64,000 nucleotides of DNA from an uncultured Desulfobacterales bacterium (GTDB taxonomy: Bacteria > Myxococcota_A > UBA9160 > JAFDET01). The notes beneath the pieces were generated by a model. That model ran no database searches. It saw only the letters and a list, made by a program, of their open reading frames with translations, and was not told the DNA's origin. The translations under genes were made by a program, and so were the position numbers. Within the stretch, counting starts at the first letter, position 1, and every line of letters starts with the position of its first letter. This document shows, piece by piece, positions 36,015 to 44,080 of this stretch. Location: assembly GCA_964194905.1 (NCBI GenBank), contig CAXMOD010000074.1, forward strand, positions 3,940 through 67,939. Direction: 5' to 3'.

Positions 36015-38285
36015 ATGCCTGTCATCGAGACCACGCCCCAGCTGGTCCGCGACGCCTACGCTCGGATGCAGCGGAACCTGGAGGTCGTGCGCGGCCGCCT
36101 CGGCCGCCCCCTCAGCTACTCCGAGAAGGTGCTCTTCGGCCATCTCGCCGACCCCGCCGGCCAGGAGTTGGAGCCCGGCGCCGCCTACCTGGAGCTGCGT
36201 CCCGACCGCGTGGCCATGCAGGACGCCACTGCGCAGATGGCGCTTCTCCAGTTCATCTCCTCGGGCAAGGCGGAGACCGCGGTGCCCACCACGGTGCACT
36301 GCGACCATCTCATCCAGGCCTACAAGGGCGCCTCCGAGGACATGGACAGCGCGCGCATCGGCAATCGCGAGGTCTACGACTTCCTGCGCTCCGCGTCGGC
36401 GCGCTACGGCATCGGCTTCTGGGGCCCCGGCGCCGGCATCATCCACCAGGTGGTGCTCGAGAAGTACGCCTTTCCGGGCGGCATGATGATCGGCACCGAT
36501 TCGCACACCCCCAACGCCGGCGGCCTCGGCATGTTCGCCTGCGGCGTCGGCGGCGCCGATGCGGTGGACGTGATGGCCGGCTTCCCGTGGGAGGTGCTGC
36601 ACCCGAACAAGGTGGGAGTGCGGCTCACCGGCAGCCTGTCGGGCTGGACGGCGCCGAAGGACGTGATCCTCTGGGTGTGCGCGCAGCTCACCGTGACGGG
36701 CGGCACGAACCGTGTCGTGGAGTACTTCGGGCCGGGCGTCGCCTCGATCAGCGCCACCGGCAAGGGCACCATCACCAACATGGGCGCCGAGCTCGGAGCC
36801 ACCACCTCGATCTTCCCGTTCGACGAGCGCATGGCCACCTACCTGAAGGCGACGGGTCGCGAACAGCTGGCCGACCTGGCCGGCGAGAACCTGGAGCTGC
36901 TGCGTGCCGACCCGGAGGTGGAGAGCGACCCGGAAGCGTATTTCGACGTAGTGCTCGAGCTCGATCTCTCGGAGCTCGAACCCCACATCGTGGGTCCCCA
37001 CACGCCCGACCTGGCGCGGCCCTCCGCGCAGATGGGCGCCGACGCGAAGAGCGAGGGCTACCCCGTGAAGCTCTCCTCGGCGCTGATCGGGAGCTGCACC
37101 AACAGCTCGTACGAGGACCTTTCGCGCGCGGCCGACGTGGCGCGTCAGGCTGCGGCCCACGGCGCCAAGTCGAAGATGCCGCTCTGGTGCACGCCCGGCT
37201 CCGAGCAGATTCACAAGACCATCGCGCGCGACGGCCAGCTCGCGGATCTGGAGTCCATCGGCGCCACGGTGCTGGCCAATGCCTGCGGCCCGTGCATCGG
37301 CCAGTGGAAGCGCGACGACATCAAGAAGGGCGACAAGAACTCGATCATCAACTCGTTCAACCGAAACTTCCCGCGGCGCAACGACGGAAACCCGGAGACG
37401 CTCTCCTTCATCGCCAGCCCCGAGGTGGTGGTGGCCTACGCGCTGGCGGGGAGCCTCGACTTCGACCCGATCTCGGGCGAGATCGAGGCTGCGGACGGCA
37501 CCCGCTTCCGGCTCGACCCGCCGGCCCCGGCGCCGGAGATTCCCGAGCAGGGGTTCGTCTTCTCCGACGAGGGCTACCACGCACCGCCGGCGGATCGGGG
37601 CGGCGTGGAGCTGGAGGTGGCGCCGGACAGCGAGCGGCTTCAGCTCCTGGAGCCCTTCCCCGCATGGGGGGACGTGGCGAAGCTCGAGCGCATGGCGCTG
37701 CTGTTCAAGGCGAAGGGCAAGTGCACCACAGATCACATCTCGCCGGCCGGTCCCTGGCTGCGCTACCGCGGCCACCTGGACAAGCTCAGCGACAACCTGC
37801 TGAACGGCGGCGTCAACGCCTTCAGCGGGACGACGGGCGAGACCCTCGACCAGATCACCGGCGAGCAGGGTCGCGTGCCCGACGTCGCGCGCCACTACAA
37901 GGCCGAGGGCAGGCACTGGGTGATCGTGGGCGACGAGAACTACGGCGAGGGCTCGAGCCGCGAGCACGCGGCCATGACCCCGCGCTTCCTGGGCGCGGCG
38001 GCCGTCATCGCGCGGGGCTTTGCGCGCATCCACGAGACCAACCTGAAGAAGCAGGGGGTGCTGGCGCTCGTGTTCGAGGACCCGGCGCTCTACGAGAAGG
38101 TCGCCGAGACCGACACGGTCTCGATCCTCGGTCTCGACGGCCTTGCGCCCGACGCCCCGCTCGAGGTGGTGTTCCACCACGCCGACGGCAGCGGGGACCG
38201 CGGCCCGGTGCGCCACAGCCTGAACGACGACCAGGTGGCCTGGTTCCGCGCAGGCAGCGCCATCAACGTCCTCCGCTCCGGTTGA
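36015..38285 (+). CDS. acn: Aconitate hydratase (~755-aa mitochondrial-type aconitase)
   Basis: AAGGAGA SD before the ATG. Fe-S and substrate motifs IGTDSHT, GSCTNSSYED, NACGPCIGQW. 756 aa. Confidence 0.93.
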   Translation: MPVIETTPQLVRDAYARMQRNLEVVRGRLGRPLSYSEKVLFGHLADPAGQELEPGAAYLELRPDRVAMQDATAQMALLQFISSGKAETAVPTTVHCDHLIQAYKGASEDMDSARIGNREVYDFLRSASARYGIGFWGPGAGIIHQVVLEKYAFPGGMMIGTDSHTPNAGGLGMFACGVGGADAVDVMAGFPWEVLHPNKVGVRLTGSLSGWTAPKDVILWVCAQLTVTGGTNRVVEYFGPGVASISATGKGTITNMGAELGATTSIFPFDERMATYLKATGREQLADLAGENLELLRADPEVESDPEAYFDVVLELDLSELEPHIVGPHTPDLARPSAQMGADAKSEGYPVKLSSALIGSCTNSSYEDLSRAADVARQAAAHGAKSKMPLWCTPGSEQIHKTIARDGQLADLESIGATVLANACGPCIGQWKRDDIKKGDKNSIINSFNRNFPRRNDGNPETLSFIASPEVVVAYALAGSLDFDPISGEIEAADGTRFRLDPPAPAPEIPEQGFVFSDEGYHAPPADRGGVELEVAPDSERLQLLEPFPAWGDVAKLERMALLFKAKGKCTTDHISPAGPWLRYRGHLDKLSDNLLNGGVNAFSGTTGETLDQITGEQGRVPDVARHYKAEGRHWVIVGDENYGEGSSREHAAMTPRFLGAAAVIARGFARIHETNLKKQGVLALVFEDPALYEKVAETDTVSILGLDGLAPDAPLEVVFHHADGSGDRGPVRHSLNDDQVAWFRAGSAINVLRSG

Positions 38286-38289
38286 CTCT

Positions 38290-38335
38290 GGGAACGGGTC
38301 TGGGAGCGGGTCTGGAAACGGGGCCGGGGACGGGG
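38290..38335 (+). repeat. G-run tandem repeat (four degenerate 12-mers), canonical G-quadruplex motif on the plus strand
   Basis: GGGAACGGGTCT GGGAGCGGGTCT GGAAACGGGGCC GGGGACGGGGCC. Seven runs of three or more G within 46 nt, separated by 2-3-nt loops. Occupies almost the whole spacer between the aconitase stop (38285) and the convergent TVP38 stop (38340). Confidence 0.85.
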
Positions 38336-38339
38336 CCGA

Positions 38340-39008
38340 CTACTCGACGCCGTCCTGTTGGTCGAGTCGGGCCTTGATCCAGGCGCGCGAGCGCGGGTGC
38401 ACGAGCGGCGCGGCCGCGAGTCCGAACAGTGCGATTCCGGCGATGAGCAGCGTGCGGTCGCCCTCGATGAGCGCGCTTCCGAAGTAGGCGTAGACCGCGG
38501 CGCGGACCAGCGCCCCGGCCGCCAGGGCCAGCAGGAAGGCCGGGACCGACATGGCCGTGAGCCCGGCACCCGCGTGGAAGGCGCCGATGGGCCCTACCGG
38601 CCAGCCTGTGCCTACCGCCACCACGGCGGCGCCCGCGCGTGAACCGGCCGCAGCGAACGCCCAGCGCATGCTCTCGGGCACGTTGGCGAGGACGCTCTCG
38701 CGGCCCACCCAGCGCGCCAGCGCGAACGCCGTCACGCCGGAGACCATCAGCCCCAGCGCTCCGTAGAGGGTCCCGGCGGTGGCGCCGAACACGAGACCGC
38801 CGGCGATCAGCATGAACTGGGACGGGACGAGCAGGAAGTAGCGGAAGCCCATCAGCCCGACGAAGGCCAGCGGGCCCCAGACGCCGTAGCCCCGCACCGC
38901 ATCGCGGATCGATTCGGCGTTCCACTCGATCCCCAGCGAATCCCGGGCGACGGCGGCCATGGCGATGAGAGCGCCAAAAGCCGCCAGAACGGTCAGGCTG
39001 CGCCGCAT
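38340..39008 (-). CDS. TVP38/TMEM64 (DedA-related, SNARE-associated) family membrane protein
   Basis: The last 222 codons of track ORF 38340..39689, starting at MRRSLTVLAAFGALIAMAAVA (alternative ATG at 39092). Family core FLLVPSQFMLIAGGLVFG with 5-6 TM helices. Confidence 0.8.
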   Translation of the reverse strand: MRRSLTVLAAFGALIAMAAVARDSLGIEWNAESIRDAVRGYGVWGPLAFVGLMGFRYFLLVPSQFMLIAGGLVFGATAGTLYGALGLMVSGVTAFALARWVGRESVLANVPESMRWAFAAAGSRAGAAVVAVGTGWPVGPIGAFHAGAGLTAMSVPAFLLALAAGALVRAAVYAYFGSALIEGDRTLLIAGIALFGLAAAPLVHPRSRAWIKARLDQQDGVE

Positions 39009-39158
39009 CTGGGGATCCACGGCCTCCGAGCCTAGCGCTGCTGTGCCAGCGGGGCGCCGGAGGCGTTCCTCGGTCTGCGAACACGTTCTCATTGAGATGA
39101 TTCCCGGAATGAAATCGATGGGTTGGTGAATCGGGTGGACGGAGTGCTTCGTGTCTGA

Positions 39159-39200
39159 GAGACTGTGGTCCGACCTCGGACCACAGTCTCCGACCACAGT
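39159..39200. promoter_or_regulatory. Operator candidate: perfect 15-bp inverted repeat plus a third half-site, upstream of the GntR-family gene
   Basis: GAGACTGTGGTCCGA (39159-39173), CC spacer, TCGGACCACAGTCTC (39176-39190). Followed immediately by a further CGACCACAGT copy (39191-39200). Ends 22 nt before the regulator ATG. The core TGGTCCGA resembles FadR-subfamily operators. Confidence 0.65.
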
Positions 39201-39222
39201 TTCGAGAAGGAAATCGAAGCCC

Positions 39223-39981
39223 ATGGAAGCAGCCGACCTCCAGCCCCTCCCCAGCGTTCGCCGCCCCGACGAGGTCTTCGAGCGGCTGCGCTCGCGGATC
39301 CTGTCGGGGGCTTTCCAGACGGGGGAGCGCCTTCCCACCGAGCGCGAACTCTCGGCGGCGCTGGGCGTGAACCGCTCGTCGGTGCGCGAAGCCCTGAAGC
39401 ACCTCGAATTCCTCGAGCTGGTCGAAGTGGTGCACGGCCAGGGTGCGTTCGTGCGCGACCCGAGCGAATCCTCGGCACTCCAGCTCGTGGAGACGCTGCT
39501 GCGCGACCCGGGCACCGTGACCCCGCACCTGATGCGCCAGATCCTGGAGTTCCGGCGCCACATCACGCTGCACGTGGTGGACCTCTCGGCGCGCAACCGC
39601 CGCGAGGAGCACCTGGTCCGGGCGCGGGAGCTCCTCACGCGCGAGTCCCAGGCCGGCGCCGACCCGGCCGCCGCGCTGGAGCTCGACATCGCGATGAACG
39701 CGCTGCTCGGCGAGGCCTCCGGAAATCTCCTCTACCAGATCGTGGCCAACCTCTTCACCAAGCTGCTGCGCCGGCTGGGGCCCATCTACTACAACGAGAC
39801 TCGCGACCACTCGCGCTCCCACGAGAACCACCGCGAGCTGCTCGGCGCCCTCGAAGCCGGCGACCCCGAGGAGGCTCGGCGCATCGTGCGCGTGATGCTC
39901 GACTACAGCGAGGCGAAGATCCTCGCGGCCATCGACGAGCTCGACGCCCAGGGCGCGATCGGCCCCGGATCCGTCTCGTGA
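39223..39981 (+). CDS. GntR-family (FadR/FCD subfamily) transcriptional regulator
   Basis: The ATG at 39223 lies within track ORF 39151..39981. wHTH GERLPTERELSAALGVNRSSVREALKHLE, followed by an all-helical FCD-like C-terminal domain. Confidence 0.88.
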   Translation: MEAADLQPLPSVRRPDEVFERLRSRILSGAFQTGERLPTERELSAALGVNRSSVREALKHLEFLELVEVVHGQGAFVRDPSESSALQLVETLLRDPGTVTPHLMRQILEFRRHITLHVVDLSARNRREEHLVRARELLTRESQAGADPAAALELDIAMNALLGEASGNLLYQIVANLFTKLLRRLGPIYYNETRDHSRSHENHRELLGALEAGDPEEARRIVRVMLDYSEAKILAAIDELDAQGAIGPGSVS

Positions 39982-41639
39982 GCTGGTCGCTCGCGGAGCG
40001 CAGCGCGGACCTGCGCAGCGCGGCCCACGAGGGTGTAGACCTGCTGGTGGTGGGCGGCGGCATCAGCGGCGCCGCGGTGGCGCGCGACGCGGCCTCGCGT
40101 GGGCTCTCGGTCCTCGTCGTGGAACGCGACGACTTCGCTTCCGGCACGTCCAGCCGCTCCTCCAAGCTCATCCACGGGGGCCTGCGCTACATCGGCGAGG
40201 GCCAGCTCGCGGTTACGCGCGAGTCCTGCCGCGAGCGCGACCTGCTCGTGCGCCAGAACCCGAACCTGGTGCGCACGCTGCCCTTCCTATTCCCGTCCTG
40301 GAAGGACAGCAAGCTCCCGCTGTGGCAGGTGCGCGCGGCCCTGTCGGTGTACGCCGGCCTCGCAGGCTTTCGCAGGAGCGCGCGCTTCCGAATGACCGGC
40401 GCCGACGGTGTGCGCGCCTTCTGCCCGGACCTGCGCCGCGACGGGCTGCGCGGCGCGGGCGTCTACCACGACGCACAGGTGGACGACGCGCGCCTGGTGT
40501 TGGAAGTGCTGAAGGGTGCACGGCGCCTGGGCGCCGGAGCCGCGAACCACGCCGAGGTGATCGCCTTCGAGCGCGACTCCGCGGGCCGCCTGTGCGCGGC
40601 CCGCGTGCGCGATCGGCTGGCCGACGAGGTGCTGACGGTTCGTGCCCACGCCGTGGTGAATGCGGCTGGGCCGGGCATCGAGCGTGTGCGCGGCCTCGAC
40701 CGTCCGACCGAGAGCGGCTCGCTGCGCCCCGCCAAGGGCGTGCATCTGGTGATTCCGCGGCGGCGCATCCCTTCGAAGGGAGCCGTCACCTTCGATTCGC
40801 AAGACGGGCGACACCTCTTCCTCGTCCCCTGGGACGATGTCGCAATCCTCGGCACGACCGATACCTGGAGCGACGAGATCGACGAGCCCGTCGTCACCAT
40901 CGACGAGGTGCACTACCTGCTGGCCGCCGCCAACGCGGCCTTCCCCGACGTAGGGCTCACCACCAACGACCTGCGCTCGGTCTTCGCGGGGGTGCGCGCG
41001 TTGGTGGCGCCCGCCGCCGGCGAGGGCCCTTCCACCAAGGTGTCGCGCGAGTCCCACGTGTGGGACGAACCGTCGGGGCTCGTTTCGGCGGCCGGAGGAA
41101 AGCTCACCACCCACCGCGCCACAGCCCAGGGCATCGTGGATCGCGCCCTCCACCACCTGCCGGCCGAGCGCCGCCGGGCGGCGGGCAAGAGCCGCACGGC
41201 CGAGCTGCCCCTGCGCCCGGACGACTTCGACCGCGCCGAGCTGAAGGCCCGGCTCGGCGAGCGCTTCGGCGTGGACACCGATCGCGCCAAGTATCTCGTG
41301 CGGACCTGGGGCGCCGCGGCGGAGACGCTCTTCGAGGAGGCGCCGCCGGAGCTGCACGCGCCCATCGGAAGCACCCGCTTCACGCTGGCCGAGATCCCCT
41401 GGTCGCTGCGTCACGAGAGCGCTGCCGGACTCTGCGATCTTCTGGAACACCGCATGCGTCTGGCAATCTTCGCAGACGGCCAGGGGCTCGCGGAGCTCGA
41501 CGCCATTGCGAAGGTGGCCGGCGAGGCCCTCGGCTGGGATGCCGAGCGGCGCCACGCCGAGTGCGCCGCCTACCGCGACGCGGTGAGGACGCGCTACCAG
41601 ATCCGCCCCGCCGAGCCGGTCGCCTCCGCCGCCGCCTGA
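39978..41639 (+). CDS. glpD: FAD-dependent glycerol-3-phosphate dehydrogenase/oxidase
   Basis: GTGA overlap with the regulator stop. In frame with track ORF 39165..41639. DLLVVGGGISGAAVARDAASRG, SGTSSRSSKLIHGGLRY. 553 aa. Confidence 0.9.
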   Translation: MSWSLAERSADLRSAAHEGVDLLVVGGGISGAAVARDAASRGLSVLVVERDDFASGTSSRSSKLIHGGLRYIGEGQLAVTRESCRERDLLVRQNPNLVRTLPFLFPSWKDSKLPLWQVRAALSVYAGLAGFRRSARFRMTGADGVRAFCPDLRRDGLRGAGVYHDAQVDDARLVLEVLKGARRLGAGAANHAEVIAFERDSAGRLCAARVRDRLADEVLTVRAHAVVNAAGPGIERVRGLDRPTESGSLRPAKGVHLVIPRRRIPSKGAVTFDSQDGRHLFLVPWDDVAILGTTDTWSDEIDEPVVTIDEVHYLLAAANAAFPDVGLTTNDLRSVFAGVRALVAPAAGEGPSTKVSRESHVWDEPSGLVSAAGGKLTTHRATAQGIVDRALHHLPAERRRAAGKSRTAELPLRPDDFDRAELKARLGERFGVDTDRAKYLVRTWGAAAETLFEEAPPELHAPIGSTRFTLAEIPWSLRHESAAGLCDLLEHRMRLAIFADGQGLAELDAIAKVAGEALGWDAERRHAECAAYRDAVRTRYQIRPAEPVASAAA

Positions 41640-41654
41640 GTTAGCCTCCGCGCC

Positions 41655-42590
41655 ATGCCGGCGCAGATGCTTCTCGTCGTGAACCCGGCCAGCAAGAGTG
41701 GCCTGCTGGGCCGTCGCTGGCCCAAGCTCGAGAAGAAGCTGCGCGCGGTGCTGGGCGACTTCGAGGTGGAGCAGACGCGCGGGCCGCGCGACGCCGTGCG
41801 CATCGCGCGCGAAGCGGTGCGCGCGGGCGTGGAAACGGTGGTCGCAGTGGGCGGCGACGGTACCGCGAGTGAGGTGGTGAACGGAATCCTGGGCGCCGAG
41901 CTGGGCGCCGTGGCGCGCGTGGGTCTGATCCCGTTCGGCACTGGAGGTGACCTGGCGCGCGGCCTCCGCATCCCACGCGACCTCGACGGGGCCGTCGCGG
42001 CGATTGCCTCGGGCAAGACACGACGCATCGACGCCGGGCGCGCGCGCCTTCAGGGGCAAGACGGACGCGAGGTCACCACGTACTTCGTGAACGTGGCGAG
42101 TATCGGTATCTCGGGGCTCGTGACGCAGCTCGTGAACGCCGCGCCCAAGACCCTCGGCGGACGCGTTTCGTTCCTGGTGGGGTCGCTGCGCGGTATCGCG
42201 CGTTGGAAGAGCCGCCCGGTCGTGCTGCGGCTCGACGGGAAGCTCGTGCACGAGGGGACGCTCTCGCTGGCGGCGGTCGCCAACGGCCAGTGGTTCGGCG
42301 GCGGCATGAAGGTGGCGCCGGACGCGCGCTTCGACGACGGGCTCATGGACGTGGTCTTCGCCGCCGGCCTGGGCAAGGTGCGCCTCGTGCGCATGCTCCC
42401 CACCCTCTACGACGGCTCCCACGTGACCCGCTCGGACGTGCAGTCGCTGCGGGGCGCGCGGCTGGAGGCCGAGGCGGAGCCCGGAGAGGTCTGGATGGAA
42501 CTCGACGGCGAGCCGCTCGGGACGCTCCCCGCCAGCATCGAGGTGCTGCCGGCTGCGCTCACGTGGCTCGGAGCTGCGGACTCGTCGTGA
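41655..42590 (+). CDS. Diacylglycerol-kinase-family lipid kinase (YegS/BmrU/DagK type)
   Basis: 311 aa. LLVVNPASKSG and the AVGGDGTASEVVNG catalytic-domain signature. Confidence 0.88.
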   Translation: MPAQMLLVVNPASKSGLLGRRWPKLEKKLRAVLGDFEVEQTRGPRDAVRIAREAVRAGVETVVAVGGDGTASEVVNGILGAELGAVARVGLIPFGTGGDLARGLRIPRDLDGAVAAIASGKTRRIDAGRARLQGQDGREVTTYFVNVASIGISGLVTQLVNAAPKTLGGRVSFLVGSLRGIARWKSRPVVLRLDGKLVHEGTLSLAAVANGQWFGGGMKVAPDARFDDGLMDVVFAAGLGKVRLVRMLPTLYDGSHVTRSDVQSLRGARLEAEAEPGEVWMELDGEPLGTLPASIEVLPAALTWLGAADSS

Positions 42591-43555
42591 CGAGCGTCGC
42601 GGTCTGCGCCGAGATCCGCGCCGCCTGCGCGGCCGTGGCCGCGGGGGCGAAATGGGTGAGCATCGACGAGGCCGCGCTCGCCGCCCTTGCCGAGAGCCTG
42701 CAGGACGCGCCGCTCCACCCTACCGACGCAGACCCGGCCCGCCGCCTCCAGGGATCCGCGGACGACACCGTCGCCTTCGTGCTCACGCTCGACGCGGTGA
42801 ACTTCGGTTCCGGGTGGTTCCCGCATCTCGCCAAACGCGCGGGGTGCTCGGGTTACTTCACCGTGGCACTCTCGTTGGAGAAGCGCTTCGCGACCGAGGG
42901 ACCGTGGAGCGCGCGGGAGCTCGCAGCACTCACAGCGGCCGACGTGACCGCGGTCTTCGGGCAGAATCCCGCGAACTCCGAGATCGCCGGCTTGATGGAG
43001 CACTTCGCCACGGCCTGGAACGAGCTGGGCGCCTTCCTGCGGGCCGGCTGGGACGGTCGCTTCGCCGGGCCGGTGGAGGAGGCCGCGGGCTCCGCCCAGG
43101 CACTGGTCGCGGTACTGGCCCGCATGCCGATGTGGCGCGACGTGGCCCGCTGGCGCGGCCGCTCGGTTCCGTTCTACAAGCGCGCGCAGATCACGGCGTC
43201 GGACCTGGCGCTCGCCTTCGACGGGCGCGGCTTGGGGCACTTCTCCGACCTGGACCAGCTCACGATCTTCGCAGACAACCTGGTGCCCCACGTGCTTCGC
43301 TGCGAAGCAGCCCTCGTGTACGATGCGGATCTCGCCGCGCGCATCGAGGAGGGGACGCTCCTCGATGCGGGCTCCGAGGAGGAGGTGGAGATCCGGGCCT
43401 GCGGTGTCGATGCGGTGGAACGGCTGGTGGCGCTGCTGCGCGCGCGCGGCGTGGTCACCACTGCGCAAACCCTCGACCACGTGCTCTGGGATCGCGGCCA
43501 GCAGCCCGCCTACAAAGCGCGCCCGCGCCACCGCGCGCGGTCGGTGTTCTATTGA
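42587..43555 (+). CDS. Queuosine-salvage protein family (DUF2419; Qng1-like Q/QMP N-glycosylase homologue)
   Basis: GTGA overlap with the kinase stop. In frame with track ORF 42203..43555. Family motifs LDAVNFGSGWF, FYKRAQITASDL, LTIFADNLVPHVL, EEEVEIRAC, and C-terminal RPRHRARSVFY. Confidence 0.8.
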   Translation: MTSVAVCAEIRAACAAVAAGAKWVSIDEAALAALAESLQDAPLHPTDADPARRLQGSADDTVAFVLTLDAVNFGSGWFPHLAKRAGCSGYFTVALSLEKRFATEGPWSARELAALTAADVTAVFGQNPANSEIAGLMEHFATAWNELGAFLRAGWDGRFAGPVEEAAGSAQALVAVLARMPMWRDVARWRGRSVPFYKRAQITASDLALAFDGRGLGHFSDLDQLTIFADNLVPHVLRCEAALVYDADLAARIEEGTLLDAGSEEEVEIRACGVDAVERLVALLRARGVVTTAQTLDHVLWDRGQQPAYKARPRHRARSVFY

Positions 43556-43557
43556 AG

Positions 43558-44067
43558 GTGAACGGCGCGCTCCTCACGATGGTGGCGGTGCTCGGCGTAC
43601 TGATGGTGGTGGCCTGGGTGCGTGGCGGCGAAGCGCTCGTGCGCGAGGGCATGGGCAAGGGTGCCGGACTCCTGATCGAGTTCGCCCTGCTGCTGCTCGT
43701 GTCGTTCCTGGCGGCCGGCCTGGCCACGGTGCTGGTCCCGGCCGAGTGGATCCAAGCGACCCTCGGCACCGACTCCGGCGTGCGCGGCATCGCGATCGCC
43801 GCCGGCGTCGGCGTGGTGACACCCGCCGGCCCCTTCGTGGCGATGCCCCTCGCCGCAGTGATGCTGCGCTCCGGCGCGGCCGTCGGTCCGGTGGTGGCCT
43901 TCCTCACCGCGTGGTCGCTCCTCGCGGTGCACCGGCTCATCGCCTGGGAGATCCCCATCGTCGGCGTCCGCGTGGCGCTGCTGCGCTACTCGATCTCGTT
44001 CTTCGTACCCATTCTCGTGGGCCTGCTGGCCAAGGCGCTGATGGACCTCTCCGACCGCTACCGCTGA
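43558..44067 (+). CDS. Small polytopic permease-like membrane protein (predicted-permease / DUF318-like half-size)
   Basis: The GTG at 43558 lies 2 nt after the Qng1-like stop, in frame with track ORF 42652..44067. 169 aa with about 5 hydrophobic helices. Confidence 0.7.
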   Translation: MNGALLTMVAVLGVLMVVAWVRGGEALVREGMGKGAGLLIEFALLLLVSFLAAGLATVLVPAEWIQATLGTDSGVRGIAIAAGVGVVTPAGPFVAMPLAAVMLRSGAAVGPVVAFLTAWSLLAVHRLIAWEIPIVGVRVALLRYSISFFVPILVGLLAKALMDLSDRYR

Positions 44068-44080
44068 CGCACATGTCGGG

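Noticed and set aside
35289-38216. 975-aa minus-strand ORF opposite the aconitase gene. Similar shadows occur at 2720-4765, 9530-12007, 23127-25820, 6325-8265, 40287-42422 and 50187-53060.
   Set aside because: These are antisense shadow ORFs. Their translations are Arg/Pro/Gly/His-rich with no motifs, while the opposite strand carries full-length, motif-rich, well-phased genes.
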